In this document: one piece after another, positions 49,892 through 62,984 of the stretch | Numbering within the stretch: the stretch's first letter is position 1 | Layout of the letters: each line of letters starts with the position of its first letter | Assembly: GCA_028534125.1 (NCBI GenBank) | Contig: CM052816.1 | Location: 45,076,001-45,140,000 of the forward strand | DNA length: 64,000 bases | Source of the DNA: Lama glama | Lineage: Eukaryota | Reading direction: 5' to 3' | The notes under the pieces: model-generated | The model's input: the letters and a program-made list of their open reading frames with translations, nothing else | Told to the model about the DNA's origin: nothing | Databases searched by the model: none | Translations under genes and position numbers: made by a program

Positions 49892-52439
49892 CAGCTACTA
49901 AGATTGTAAATGCTTTGAGGTTAAGGGGACATTCACGTACAGGTATTTGCTGACAAGTGCGCCCCCTTTTAAATGTTTGTTTAATTCTGAAAGTTTGTCC
50001 TGAGAGAAGGATGTGAGTCTCTAGATTTGGGGAAATCTAAGGTAAAATTCCTTTTGCACCAAGTCAGAAATCTAAATTATAAACGAGGGAAGTTTGTTTA
50101 CCAGCTCCACCCCCACACCCCCAACCCCCGCATTGCTTAGGTGGCAGTGTGGTGGGTGGCTCAAAGATATACATTTAGTTTCCTCTTTGCCAAGCTCATA
50201 AGCGACACAGCACCCTTGAATCTCACCCCAGCACGTGAATAAGAACACCGATTGTGCGTGGCATCCTGAAGCCTCCTTCAGGAGATTCGGTCACACAGGG
50301 GTTTTATTAATGTATTGCCCTTTATGGTAAACCAGGCATTTACTATACCTCAATATTTTTCATGTGGTGGCAATAGCCACATCTCTGGGGCTTCCTTCGG
50401 ATTTGAGTGATTTCATCAGACAAAGCATTTGAGATGCCTCACCACACCTCTGGCCTAAGCTTCTGACACGTCTCATTCAAGAGTGGGTGGGCAACCCTAG
50501 TTCCTCCCCCTAATGCTATCCAACTGCAAAGCCTTCAGATCCCTGGCAATAAAACAACATAGCCGCAGGGGCTAGTAGTCTGCATTTGGCAGAAGAGGCA
50601 TCTTAAAGACTTTGCTTGATCTCTGTGTGGTCCCCAAGCTTCTAATCTCTTGACTCAGTTAACTTATTTACAAAAGGGTGATAATGACACTGTGCCAGTT
50701 TGCCTCGAAGGGGTTTATGCAAAACTAAAACAAAGCACTATGCAAATACTGTGATTATCATTAACCAGCACTGGTTTGATTCATATGGTGAATCAGTCTG
50801 TTTATTGTTTCCTACAGCCATCCTCAGTATTAATGTATGGGTCTCAGAGTCTCTCATCTAGATTCTGAAAAAACAAACAAACAAACAAAAAACCAATCTT
50901 CTCCATTAGAAAGGTTCTTTTCTACTTTAGGCAAAGGCTTGCCCTTATGAAAGAGGTCAAAGGCAAGTGGCCAGAAGTCAGCTGAATGAGGCCTGCCCTC
51001 ACACGTAGATCTTTTACTTCATCTGATTACACCGGTGACAGAGAAATATACAAGAAAAGTTGTATATTGATCAATGATTGGCAAGTAATTTAATAAGCAG
51101 AACTGTGCTTTCTTACAATCATTAATAAGAATAAATGTTCTTTGGCAAATACATATGTTATTAAAGCTACCCAGAAGTCCCTGTATTCTTTAGAACCCAT
51201 CTATAAACATTGGTGAATCATTCTGCAGTCACACTTACAAAAACATACATCGTGTACACTTGTGGAAAACATACACACAAAGTTGTAAATGATAATTTTT
51301 AACATGAAGGGCAAATCTCTGACCTTTGAAGCCATGGGAGTTTTGGGTTTTTTTTTACTATTACTCAAGCCTCCTCAGGGCCTGTGGAGTTGCTGAGGAG
51401 ATTCAAGCCCTGGTCTACTGGGATGAATGCCAGCTTTCTGCTCGGGTCTGGCTGTGGAAAATCCCAGAGCACATCTAGGAATATCTTGTTGGGACGTGTG
51501 GTTAGATCATCCGTATCTTCATCCTTCTAGCGTAGATTCCCTCCTTTCAAAATTGTTTCCTTCTCACAGAAGGCTCTCCTCACCTTGAGGTCCTCGGTGA
51601 TTTCATACTTGAGAGACATGAAGGGTGAGAGGAGTCCAGGCCTGCCTAGTTTCTCAAAGCACCCAGCAAGGTCATTTCAGGGGGCTAATTCTAGGGACAG
51701 ATCATGGTCAAGGACAGAACTATGGGAACCTAGAATTCTTCTCTCAACTTTGTTTCCCAAAGGAGATTACAAACTACAAAATAGCATGGAGGTCCATGCT
51801 ATTCTTTTATGTGTTTCATGGGCTATACCCTCAGAGATTCTCCGCCCCTGAGGAAAATTGGTTTCTGGTGCAATTCAAATCATAATTTGAACTCAGGCCA
51901 GGGAGCCATGTGTATTCTTCCTTGGAGATAGAGATGACATGAACTGCACCATTTGTTGATGTGATTAAGAGGAAATATACTTCATATTCTCCAACTTTTC
52001 TCAAAAAACTGCCTACAGAGGCTGCTTCCTATACTTTAGTGATGATCGCCACCCCTCACATCCCAGGGTGTTCCCACAGTTATGTTACTGGAATCCACCT
52101 GGCACTTGCTTTTTCAGTGACTTTTACTTAGAACTGGTGAATCATAGAGGTATTTTGGAAAACTTTTATGAACTGAAGATAAACTCATTTATTTATTCAA
52201 CGCACACAATCAGCTATGTTCATTGTTGAATTATATTATAGATACTCATTGAAATAGGCTAAAACAACTCCACTCTGAATAGTCTTTGATAAAGCAGACA
52301 TCTTGAAGCAGAAGGGAAAGAGAGCTGGTGTTGGAATCCAGGTCTATCTCTACCAATTCCTAGATATAAAGCTCTGGGTAAAATACCTACCTTTTCTCAG
52401 TCTCTGGAAACATGTAGAGTTTAGAAATGAATCAGGACA

Positions 52440-52670
52440 GCATTATGATGAAGAGCTCAGTCTTTGCAGTTGGCCAGGCCTAGATTCCAATACACTTCTA
52501 TTCTGCGGCTTACTAGCTGAGTACCTTTGGCAAGTTACTTAAACTTTCTATTTCTTAATTTCTTTATCTGTGAAAATGGGACTAATACCAACTCACCTAA
52601 CAACACAGTTGCTTTTACAAGAATTAAATAAAAGAATGTCTATAGTGCTTAGTTCAGTACCCGGCTCATT
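52440..52670 (+). mobile_element. MIR SINE
   Basis: ctttggcaagttacttaaactttct ... ctttatctgtgaaaatggg. Confidence 0.75.
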
Positions 52671-53399
52671 AACACTAGGCAGTGAAAAAAAAAAAAAAGG
52701 CGGTACACTATGGGTTAAAAAAAAAAAGAAATCCTGAAAGAACTTTTGGGATCACAAAGTATAAACTCCTTAATTTTTTAAAATAAGAAATGGAGGCCCA
52801 GAAGTAAAGGATCTTACTTAAGGTCACTGAGCCCACGTGTTTGTGATGTACATTCTCAATGATTTTATGAATTCTATGATCTGGACAGGGTACTCTCTTT
52901 GTGACCTCATCTAGTTACCAAATATGTGGACTATTAAACTAGGTGATCACCAAGCTTCCATCCATGTAAAAATGCCAGTGACAGCATTGTTTCTGAGCCC
53001 CTCCTGTGTTCAGAACCTGCTGCTGGATATTGTGGGGGCTGTAATGGGCATATGAGTATCTGTCTCTGGTTTCAAAAGAGTTTAAAGTTTAGTTGGAGAG
53101 ACATTTATATAAACATTTATGAGACATGTAAACCATTGGGATAGCCACTTGACAAGGCCAAAGTTCAAGTGCCAAGTGGACTGGACATGGACAGTGAGAT
53201 CTTGGGTGTTAGTGATGACTTCATAGAGAACACAGGACTTTACCTGGGCATGCATACTGAGCTGGATTTGAATACCCAGAGTGAAGAGGGGAGAGCATTC
53301 TGTGCCTTGCAATGTTATGTGCCTGGGCAAGTACGGAGGTCGAGACAAATGCCATTAGTGTGGGGCATTCACTTAAGCACTCGCTCCACCATTCCTATG

Positions 53400-54290
53400 T
53401 CCAACTCAGTCCTCTCAGCATGAACTTCTATTTTCACAAGTGGCAATGGGGGTTTTCGTGGGGGTGTGTGTGTGTATACATATGAGCACACATGTTTCAG
53501 AACTCTCAACTTTCAATATCAGCAGGGAAACAACACCAAGACCTTGTGACTCCCCAAATGCTCAGCACCCAGAAAAGTAGAGTTATCAAAATTCCTCTTG
53601 CTCTTGACTCTCTCTCTAATCTATCGGGTCATTCCTCCACTTCTCTTTATTTCCACTGCCCCAGTAACTGTTTTCATTAGCTATGGTCGTCCTGATGATA
53701 AAGGCACCCCCATTCCATTCCTGATCCCTGCAATTTTCCACAGGGCAGTCTTTTCACAATGTAAATCACATCGTGGACCCCCCCTGCTGGAAACCTTTGA
53801 AGGCATACCTACTTTACTGAGCATATAGTCCAAACTGTTTGCTTTGGCCTCCAAGGCTCTGAAGCATCTGGCCTCTCAAACCTCATGTCACATTGCCTGT
53901 CCCCTCACTTGCTCTTCTCTGAACTAGACAAGGTGACTCCAGACGCAAGGTCTGTGCCCTCTGCCTGAGCTGTTATTCCCCCTGCTTTGTACAGCCTTCT
54001 TACCCTTCAAGCTTCAGCTTTCATGTCACCTTGTCTGAGAGGTCTTCTTTGATCTCACGCTCTAAATAACTTTCCTCTGGGATTCTAGATGGCAGCCTAC
54101 GAATTTTCCTCTCTCACGCTTATCAAGTCTTTGAGAATTTTTGTTACTTACTACATTTGTTAGATTGTAAACATTTTTAAATATTTGTTTACCCTACCAA
54201 AAACATAACCTCTGCTATTAGGCCTTGTCTGTATTATTCATTTTGCAGCCTCAAAAATCTAGTACTGAAGATCGCAGAGAATATTGAATA
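53400..54290 (+). mobile_element. L2 LINE fragment
   Basis: ttccacagggcagtc ... aatcacatcg ... tagtccaaact ... ggcctccaaggctctg ... atgtcacc. Confidence 0.7.
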
Positions 54291-55029
54291 CCAAGTCATG
54301 AAAGGAAACAAATGGAAAATCAGTATAGCAAGTATTTGTCATAAAATGCAGTTGTAACCATGTTCACCTCTTGATTCTGTGAATATGACACTACAATCAC
54401 TTACAAAGCAGTTGCTTTATTTTGGGGTTAATTCTAAAATAAATATTTACTTTGTTATTTCAGGAGAATGACTGTTACCTCTTGTGGGTAGGGGGTTCAG
54501 AGCTGATTTTAGCAGTTGATGGGAGATTGGTCACTAACCTCCATTTATAGCTAAGCTCATTACTTTACACCTGACAAGAATGAAATTTCTGTCTCCACAA
54601 AATAACGAATGTCAAGAGAGATGATCTATAATTTAAAGGGTAAATGTTAAGTTCTCTTTGCCTACTGACTACCATATTACTTTGTCAAGTTGTCCTCTCT
54701 GAGAACAGAAGAAAAGGGCTCTTGCTTGGCTATTTTACATCATTTACCACCTTTCTCACCAACCGATAATTGTAGGCATTCTCTTGATTTAGATTTTCCT
54801 TATTTCTCTTCCAGCTCTCTCCTCATAATCAAAGAACATTAAACACCCAGCTGTTTTACAACCTTACCCAAAGGCCTTGACTAAGGTCACTGAACCAGTA
54901 TGTTGGTAATGTATATTTCCAAAGCCTTTATTAGTTCTATGATCTGGACAAAGCACTACCTCTTTGTGACTTAATCTATAGTTTAATCAAATTCAATAAC
55001 AGGATATAAGCATTCATTTACTAAAAGTA

Positions 55030-55240
55030 CTGTTTTGATGTGTTTTAATGTGCTTGGCGTTGTGCTAAACCTTTTATAAGCATCATCTCTTCTAATCCTG
55101 CCTAAGAAGCCCATGAAATAGTGATTTCCATCTTCCTTTCACAGAGGAGGAAACTGAAGTTTAGTGAAGCTAAGTAAATAGCCCAAGTTCACACTGCTAT
55201 AAAGTGAACTTGGGCTTCACACTGCAGTTGGTATGACTCC
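55030..55240 (-). mobile_element. MIR SINE
   Basis: ctttcacagaggaggaaactgaagtttagtgaagctaagtaaatagcccaagttcacac. Confidence 0.8.
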
Positions 55241-55324
55241 ATAAATGGCCAAAGTAGTCTCAGTATGGATAATATAATACTAAAGAATCAGAAACAAGCA
55301 GTTTTTAAAACATCAAACAATGTA

Positions 55325-55831
55325 TAGACGGTCCCCTACCTCTGATGGTTCAACTAACGATTTTTTGACTTTACAATGGTGAGAAAGTGATACACATTCA
55401 ATAGAAACTGTACTTTGAATTTTTAAATTTTGATCTTTCCCTGAGCATTTGAGCTATGAGGTACATACTCTCTTGCGATGTTGGGCAAAGGAAGCAAGCC
55501 ACAGTTTCCAGTCAGCAGTACAATCATGAGACTGAACGACCAATACACTACAACCATCCTGTACCCACACAACCATTCTGTTCTTCACCTTCAGTAAAGC
55601 AGTCCATAAATTACATGAGATATTCAGTACTTTTTTATAAAATAGGCTTTGTGTTACATGATTTTGCCCAACTGTAAGCTCATGTAAGTGTTCTAAACAC
55701 GTTTAAGGTAGGCCAGGCTAAGCTATGATGTTTGGTAGGTTGGGTGTATTAAATGCACTTTTGACTTAATATTTTCAGCTTACAATGGGCTTATCTGGGA
55801 CATAACTCCATTGTAATTCAAGGAAGATCTG
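55325..55831. mobile_element. MER47/Tigger5-like TcMar MITE
   Basis: TA-flanked. Starts tagacggtcccctacctctgatggttc and ends cataactccattgtaattcaaggaagatctg. Confidence 0.8.
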
Positions 55832-56944
55832 TATATACTTGATTAAAATTTTAGATATTTTACATAAGAATAATTTAATATTTTTTTGAAAAAGCATAGC
55901 ACATAAGTATATCTCTGGTTACAAACAGTTCAAGTATATTAGATTCCATTTCTGGTCCATAGTACTCATTTTGCTTTTCTGGGCTCTCACCATCTCTCCC
56001 ATTTTCATGTTTCCTGATTTTTTTTTTTTTTTCCAGTTTGGTGGCTTTCCTTTCCTTTTAAAAAACTGCATAGTCATGCTTCTCTGTAACCTTGGTGAGT
56101 CAGTTCAACCTCTAATTACTTCAGTCCCCTCCCTTGTAAGAAAAGCTGTCAAAATCCAAGAACACTCAAATGTTTTGTATCATCTCACACGCACACAGGG
56201 ATAAGGAGGGATGTAATTTTCCGGAAGAAGCAGAACAACTGACAACAGCTGGCCACAACAACTTCTAGACCCAATCTGACTGTCTTGAAACTCCGCCTCA
56301 AACTACCCCTAAATAATAATTACCCGACATGCACCAGGACCATCTCACTGACTAGCTGCACTTAATGACATAATACCTGCTGTCAACTTTCAGCACAGAT
56401 GCAATCATTGCCACAATATTTTGTAAGACCAACAAAGTATCATTTGTACCTAAGATAGTGGGATATTAGTTAAAAGGACACACAAGGACATGGCTCCTTG
56501 TTCTTTGGTAATCTCATATCAAATTACTATCAAATATCTTTCATCTCCAAAATAATTTAGTTATTAGAAAGGTGACTGGACAAACCAGCAAAAAAAAAAA
56601 ATATTTTTAACTAACAAAAAGCAAATCAGAAGAGAGTTGTCTTTTTCTCCAGTTACCCAGCATTCAACGCTATAACTGTAGTCACATTATAATCATCTTA
56701 GACCCCCCAAAGCAGTGTGACGATCTGATGCATAATTTTCAACACGTTTTATTCATCCATTCTTCCTGTGCTCCATTTAAAATCCTGGAAACTATAAAAA
56801 AAAAATCAGCGTGTTAGTCCCCTGCCTGGAAAAGTTTTTTTTTTAATTTAAAAAATAAAAATGAAATGAAAAAAACCTAACAAACACGAAAAAAGCCAGA
56901 GCAACAGGAATCTCGGTCTTGAGGAAACACATGGGATTGAAGCA

Positions 56945-57300
56945 TCCGCCGGAGCTCCGTAACCAGCTGTCACATGTGACTTTCCCTCGGCGCTGAATCC
57001 TGGATCCTGGATGTCACCAGACTGGGGCGAGGAGGCCGTGCGTGCAGGCGAGTATGCGACCGCGGGGGCCCGGGGACTGACGCGCCCTCCCGGCGCGGGG
57101 AGGGTCTTCCTGGAAGCCCGGAGGCGCTCGGCTGACCGAGCGGCTGCCCGTGGGGCCGGGGCGCCTTGGCCGGCACGTAGCGCCCGGCGTGACTCAGCGC
57201 TGACTCACCGCAGCCGCTGCCACGGGATTTCCCGGTCCGCGCTCGCGCTCCCGGGTCCTTTCCTGCACGCCCGACCAGTCTCCTCGCTTTAAACCGAGCA
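56945..57300. promoter_or_regulatory. Small orphan CpG island with inducible TF motif cluster (promoter or enhancer)
   Basis: The only CpG-dense stretch in the window. Contains GTCACATGTGAC palindrome (56969-80), HRE TACGTG on - (57174-79), double AP-1/ARE (57189-57208), GGGATTTCCC (57224-33) and TTTAAA (57288-93). Confidence 0.8.
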
Positions 57301-58128
57301 GGACAGATTTTACAGCTTTTGAATCCCGATCAAGGAGGGAATTAACTGGGCTAGTGTTCTTTGACTTTAAGAGCTGAAGAGTTCACTAATCAAAATCCTT
57401 CAAAGGCTTGTTGAAATAAATCCCTCACGTCGTGCTTTCACAGTGACTTTGAGATGACCTCCACTCAGAGTTTGCTTCTGTCGGTCGTACCAAGCTCGCA
57501 TCTTATTTTGTCCCACATTTTGGGAGGTTATGTTTTCAGTGTGTTTGATAACTAGCCTTGGCACAAACCCACAATTGTGGTGACGCAAATCAAGCTGTCC
57601 TTGAGTGACTTACTGTAAAAACCAGGGAACACTTCTTAAAGACGTCCTTATCTGCCATCGCGATTGCTGATTAGATGCCACGCTCAATTTCAGTCTGTCA
57701 CTTACCCTCTGAAAGCTCCTCGGATGAACTTGGATTGTTAATACCCAAATATCCTGAGCGGTCATGCCCCTTTCTTCCTCTCCCGAGTTCAACGCAGACA
57801 GCAATAGTAAGGCAGTACCGCTCCAGCTGTAGCCGAGGGACCACCTGTGTAGGGAGTGCCCGCGATATTTGGCAAAAAAAATCAGGTTCTTCCATTGCAC
57901 TCCAAACGGCAGACTTAGAATGTCCTAGGCTGGGGCCTGGAAATCAATCTTACGAAGCGCCCATCAGGGATTCCTGTGTACACTTCGGTTTGCAAACTAC
58001 TAGCCAGAGGATAAGGGTGTGAGACATTATTTTTGCGAAAAGTATGAGAAATCCTTCAAGTCAAGAACACTTTGTTCTAAAACTGATATTGAAGTTCTCA
58101 TGACAGGCAACCATATTTCTAAAATTGG

Positions 58129-58312
58129 TTTTACATATAATATTGTGTTTGCTTTAACTGTATATTAATGACAGATTTTTTCTTTTTAATTAGAAAGTCA
58201 GGTATAGAATAAAATGATTTTACATATGATAATTGTTTGCTTTAACTGTATATTAATGACAGATTTTTTCCTTGCTAATTAGAAATTCAAATTCAGATAT
58301 AGAATAAAATGA
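58129..58312. repeat. Tandem duplication, two ~90-bp AT-rich units
   Basis: 58129-58217 and 58218-58312 share tgtttgctttaactgtatattaatgacagattttttc ... tatagaataaaatga. Confidence 0.9.
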
Positions 58313-58949
58313 AGTACCTATTGAATCAATTTTCTTATTTCAGACCAGTATTTCCCAAATCTGACTTTGCCTTGGAATTATGCACAGAATCTTCTAATAC
58401 TCTAATTCCTAAGCCAGATCCTAGGCCTAAAGAAACACTCTGAAGGTGAAGTCCAAGAACAGGCAGTTTGAAAAGCTCTGAAAGTTAGTCTCTGTACCTT
58501 TGCAAAAGGCCGCTATTCCCAAGAACAATAGAAACATTAACTGCACGGTAGGTGGCCTGTGTTGTTCTATTAAGGTACTCACTCATCTCTTAGCCTGCAC
58601 TGTTTGCTTTTAAAACCACTGTTTAAAAAATAAAGTTAAAAAGAATCACATAAAATATCAATTGTTAGACTGATAAATTCACTTCTTCAGAAAGCAAGTT
58701 TGAAAGCTTTGTATTCTAAATCTTTTTAGGGAAAGGGTGGGGAGGATGGTGGGTATTCGGACAGTAATCTGGGAGTTTATTTTGAAATTTTCCTTATTCT
58801 TTCTCTTTGGATGATTTGTTTTCTGCTTTTCTTTTCATCTCGCTGGGTAAGTTTTTTCACGTTGTCATTGTTAGTTAGCACTGTGGCAAAAAGCCTAGAT
58901 GTGACACACACCTGACAGGGACATGTCCTTGCTGACTCTCTGATATAGC

Positions 58950-59100
58950 CTTGCTTCTCCAAGTGTGGTCTTTGGACATCACTTGGGAACTTGTAAGAAA
59001 TGCAGACTCTCAGGCCCCAACCAGAACTAGTGAATCAGAACAAATACTTCAGCAAGATTCCCCAAGTGATTTGTATATATATTAAAATTTGGAAAGTGCT
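58950..59100. mobile_element. MER5A-like MITE
   Basis: catcacttgggaacttgtaagaaatgcagactctcaggcccc ... caagattccccaagtgatt. Confidence 0.75.
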
Positions 59101-59167
59101 GCCTTATAGTAATGGTAAGAGTTGTAATCTGGGGCTGGTGGAGGAAAAGAGAAGAAACAGGAAGTGG

Positions 59168-59595
59168 GGTGTGTTTCCTAGGGCTGCTGTAACAAAGTAC
59201 CACAAACTCGGTTTAAAACAACAGAAGTGTATTCTTCCACAGTTCTGGAGGCTAGAAGTCAAAATCAAGGCATCAGCAGGTCTGTGCTCTCCCTGAGACT
59301 GAGTGGAACCCTTTTTAGCTTCTAGTGATAGTCATGGATCCTTGGTGTTTACATACAAACTTACAGCTGCATTACTCCCATCTTTGCCTCTGCTATTACG
59401 TGGCATTCTTCCTGTGTGTCTCTGTCTTTACATTTCTTCTTATAAGGACCCCAGTCCTTACAAGATTACAGCCCACCCTAATGAACTCATGTTACATTGA
59501 TTACATCTACAAAGACTGTTTCCAAATAAGGTCACACTCACAGGCACTAGGGGTTAGGGCTTCAACACATCTCTTTGCCAATTCAACCCATAATA
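59168..59595 (-). mobile_element. MaLR solo LTR (MLT1B/C/D-like)
   Basis: gtttcctagggctgctgtaacaaagtaccacaaact ... cacagttctggaggctagaagtc ... ccaaataaggtcacac ... attcaacccataa. Confidence 0.9.
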
Positions 59596-61829
59596 GGGAG
59601 ATTGGAAATTCTATTTTCAGTAAGTAGAAACGCATTATGTAAAAAATAACATTAAAAATAAGCATTCTGTTTTTCAAAGACCTGATTAATTTTATAAAAT
59701 AATTATGTACTATTCTCTCCCATTGGCCATTAGTTCACACTTTTTATCCTGTATCCTTGCAGCTAGATAATGAACTCTTTCCAAGGGCAACTTTCTTTGC
59801 ATCCCTTACAACATGATGCTGAGTTCCTAGTAAGAACCCAGTAGTTACTAATTATAACAATCAAGCTGTGAAATACCATTAGACAAATATACAAAATCTC
59901 ACATGTATTAATCTATTGATGGTACAGGGTAAGAGGAAATTCTGCCACAAAGATTAGTTTGACCATAAAAATTAAGCCCTAAAATAAAGGAAAAAATAAT
60001 TATAGCTAAAACTATAACCATATTGATGGGCAAACTGAAAATATCTTAGGACCAGGGCAAGAAAGTGAAGGGAACCCTTTTAACCACAGGAAAGGATAAG
60101 AAAGAATAGGACCAGAGAGGCAGCTCCAAGAGAGTAATGTCTTTTTAAAAGCTCTTGACAGTTTGTAGTGGGCACCTGATTTAGTCTGCACAGTATTCAT
60201 TTTCTCTCTTTCTTTTGAGAAAGCTCTCACTATCCTCTCCAATATTTTTTAACTTATTCTTTTAAATTCTTTTTTATGGGACCAATAGTTAGCCCTAGTT
60301 GGTTTCTATTGCTTACAACCAAAGGAACATAACTACTATGAATATACTGATGGGGAGAACACATATTGCCTACAGCCACCCTACTCAGATAACCTGAAAT
60401 AGTAGTCTGCATTCATGATAAAAAAATGTGTGTATATGTGTATATATATATATACACTCTTGAAATGCAACAAAGTTATTTTCAGTTTATTTCAATTGAT
60501 TTTTTTCCAGCTGTCATTACTGCCCTGTATTTCAAGCTAAGTCATTCTTCCCTTCCAAACTGTCCAAATTGCCCAGGGGTGCAGAAGAATCACTCTTGTT
60601 ATGCTACCTGTAGACACCAATAATCTTTATGTTGCCTCCAATTCCTCATTGTGGTTTTCATAGTATTTGCAATATTAACAAGATTTAAGAAAAATACTCC
60701 AAAGTTTCTAATTAGAACTACTTTACCAGGGAGCTTTTCAAAATCGAAGCGGAGACTTTGTTATGCCAAGCTAAATCTAATCTTTTCTTTGCAAGCAAAG
60801 ATTAGCCTAAAGCCTTCATATTGGCCAGCAGTGAATGTGTGTCTTCTGAGTTCTACTGATGAAATTTACTTTGATCAAGGTATATCTGCTTCTCAGAGTC
60901 CTTACTCTTGACTCTCACCAATTTTCCCATTGTGTCAATGGTTGCATGGTGGTATGGTTTCATTTGGCTGAAATAGGGAGTATATAGGGAGAATAAGCCA
61001 CAAAAGTAGCTATTTTGAAATTATAGTGAACCATGAATATCATGGTGAGGACTTTGTACTTAAACATAAGTCTTTAATGGCTTTTGATCAAGAAAAAGGA
61101 GTGATATTTATTGAGTGCATATTATATGCCTAGAATTACATTATCCATTGATTTCCTCCTTACAATAGGTACATTAAACTGTTATACCAGCTATTACTTT
61201 AAGTAAAATACTTCACCTTCAAATTAAAAAAAAAAATCTATGACAGACAATATGAATATTTACTTTGTTAGAAGAGGGTATATGCTCCCCATCTTTTCCT
61301 TCACCTCTCTTTTCTCTTTGTACCTGTTAAATTCTGTCATCTACCTATATGTTTCCTTTTACTTTATTGGGATTGAGAACATTTAGATATCTAACTATTC
61401 TGAGGTTTGTCTATAGGTTTGACACTGAACTAAAAAAAATTCTTAAACAACATTTGCATTACATTAAGACTCTAGGAATATTCTTCATAGAAGAGAAAAT
61501 AGTATAGTATGATAACATGTCCTTTTCTATAATCTGTTGCTTCCCCTAAAGTTTCTAATTGTCTTTCCCTCTGCTTTCTCCCTCCCCTCACCCCCATTAT
61601 CACCCATAATTTTTTCCAAAATTGTCAAACATACTACCTGGTCTATGAAAACCTCTTTTTCTAGGACACCTCGAGCCTCTGGTGCCCATTCAGCCTCTGA
61701 ACTGATTGCCCTCTGGGCGTGTTGCACAGCCATCCCTCTGAGATTCCCAGGCACTGCAATACTAGGTTAAAGCCACTGCTTCCAGGCCTCTTACGTCTTT
61801 ACTTACTCCCTTCGCGCTCCAATATCTTT

Positions 61830-62600
61830 TAAAGGGAGAGTGCTTAGGAAATAAATGTACTAATTTTTGAATATCTGAAAATGTTTCTATTTTGCCTTTA
61901 AGCTGGGTATAAAATTCTTGGCTGAAAATAATTTTTCTTCAAAAAGCTTGAGAGCATTATTTTCTTTTTAACAATGCTGTAGGTAAGAAATCAGATGAAA
62001 AACTGAATCTCAGTCCTTTATTTTCTCTTCTCCAACCTTTGAGTCTTTTCTCTTTATTTTCAGCTTTCTGTAATTTCATGGTGTTTGCAGGTGTTTTCTC
62101 ATTTGTTCTGCTTATTACTTTGTACGAACTTTCCATTTGAGGATTCATGGCTCCCTTCAGTTCTTTAAATATTTTCTTCCTCCATTTTCTCTGACGTTTC
62201 TTTATGTAAGTGTGGTCAATTAGGTCTTAGAATCTCTGGGTCAACTATTTTTCTTCTATTTTATATTTTCTTGATTCTTTATATTTTGAAGAATTTCCTT
62301 AATTTTATATTCAAATTCTTCCAATTGTATTTTCATTTTGGCAAATACATTTTTGATTTCCCAGGATTTTTATTTAGTGTCTGATTATTCTTTTATTATA
62401 GCATCTTACCTGCTTGAATTTCTGAGACCAAAAAAAAAAAAAAAGCTCTACTAAGTTTAAGAGTTCTTTGTTCCCTGAATTATTTGTGTTTCCTTATGCT
62501 AGGTTTTCTATTGATGAATTTCTTTCACATTGCAAGTTTTCTTTAAATGTCTAGGAATTCTTGATTCTGTTTTTATATTTGTAAAGAAACACCAGAAATG
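61830..62600 (-). mobile_element. Old L1 (L1ME/L1M5-like) fragment
   Basis: T-rich; atatctgaaaatgtttctatttt ... gctgggtataaaattcttgg. Confidence 0.6.
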
Positions 62601-62984
62601 CACCAATTTAGGATATATAAACTCCTAGATCCTCAAATTCTAACATGACCTTATTCTCAGGCATCAACAATCAGGTTGCTTCTCCCAGAGAACCACAGTT
62701 CTCCCAGACAGCGTTTTCAATGTCCCTAAATGAAAAACTTCAGTTTTTTAAAATGTTTTTTGTTCTTCTGGATTGGGGTGAATGCTTAATTGTTACATGT
62801 TTTGACCTAGATGGCTGGAAATGGGGAATACTGTTCACTGTTATTCATTGTTCTCCATAGAACCTTCAATTCTTCTGGATGTTTTTGTCCCACTTTTCAC
62901 TTATCCTTTCTTGCATCTCTCAGTATTTGAGAAGAGAGACTCTGGGTGCTACAAATAGGCAGCCTTCTGCATTTTCCTAGGAGG

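Noticed and set aside
52819..52923. C/D-box snoRNA interpretation of the duplicated unit
   Set aside because: No RUGAUGA / terminal CUGA pair or terminal stem is shared by the two copies.
56970..57292. Arg/Ala/Pro-rich ORFs across the CpG island
   Set aside because: Expected from stop-codon scarcity in GC-rich DNA, with no recognised homology.
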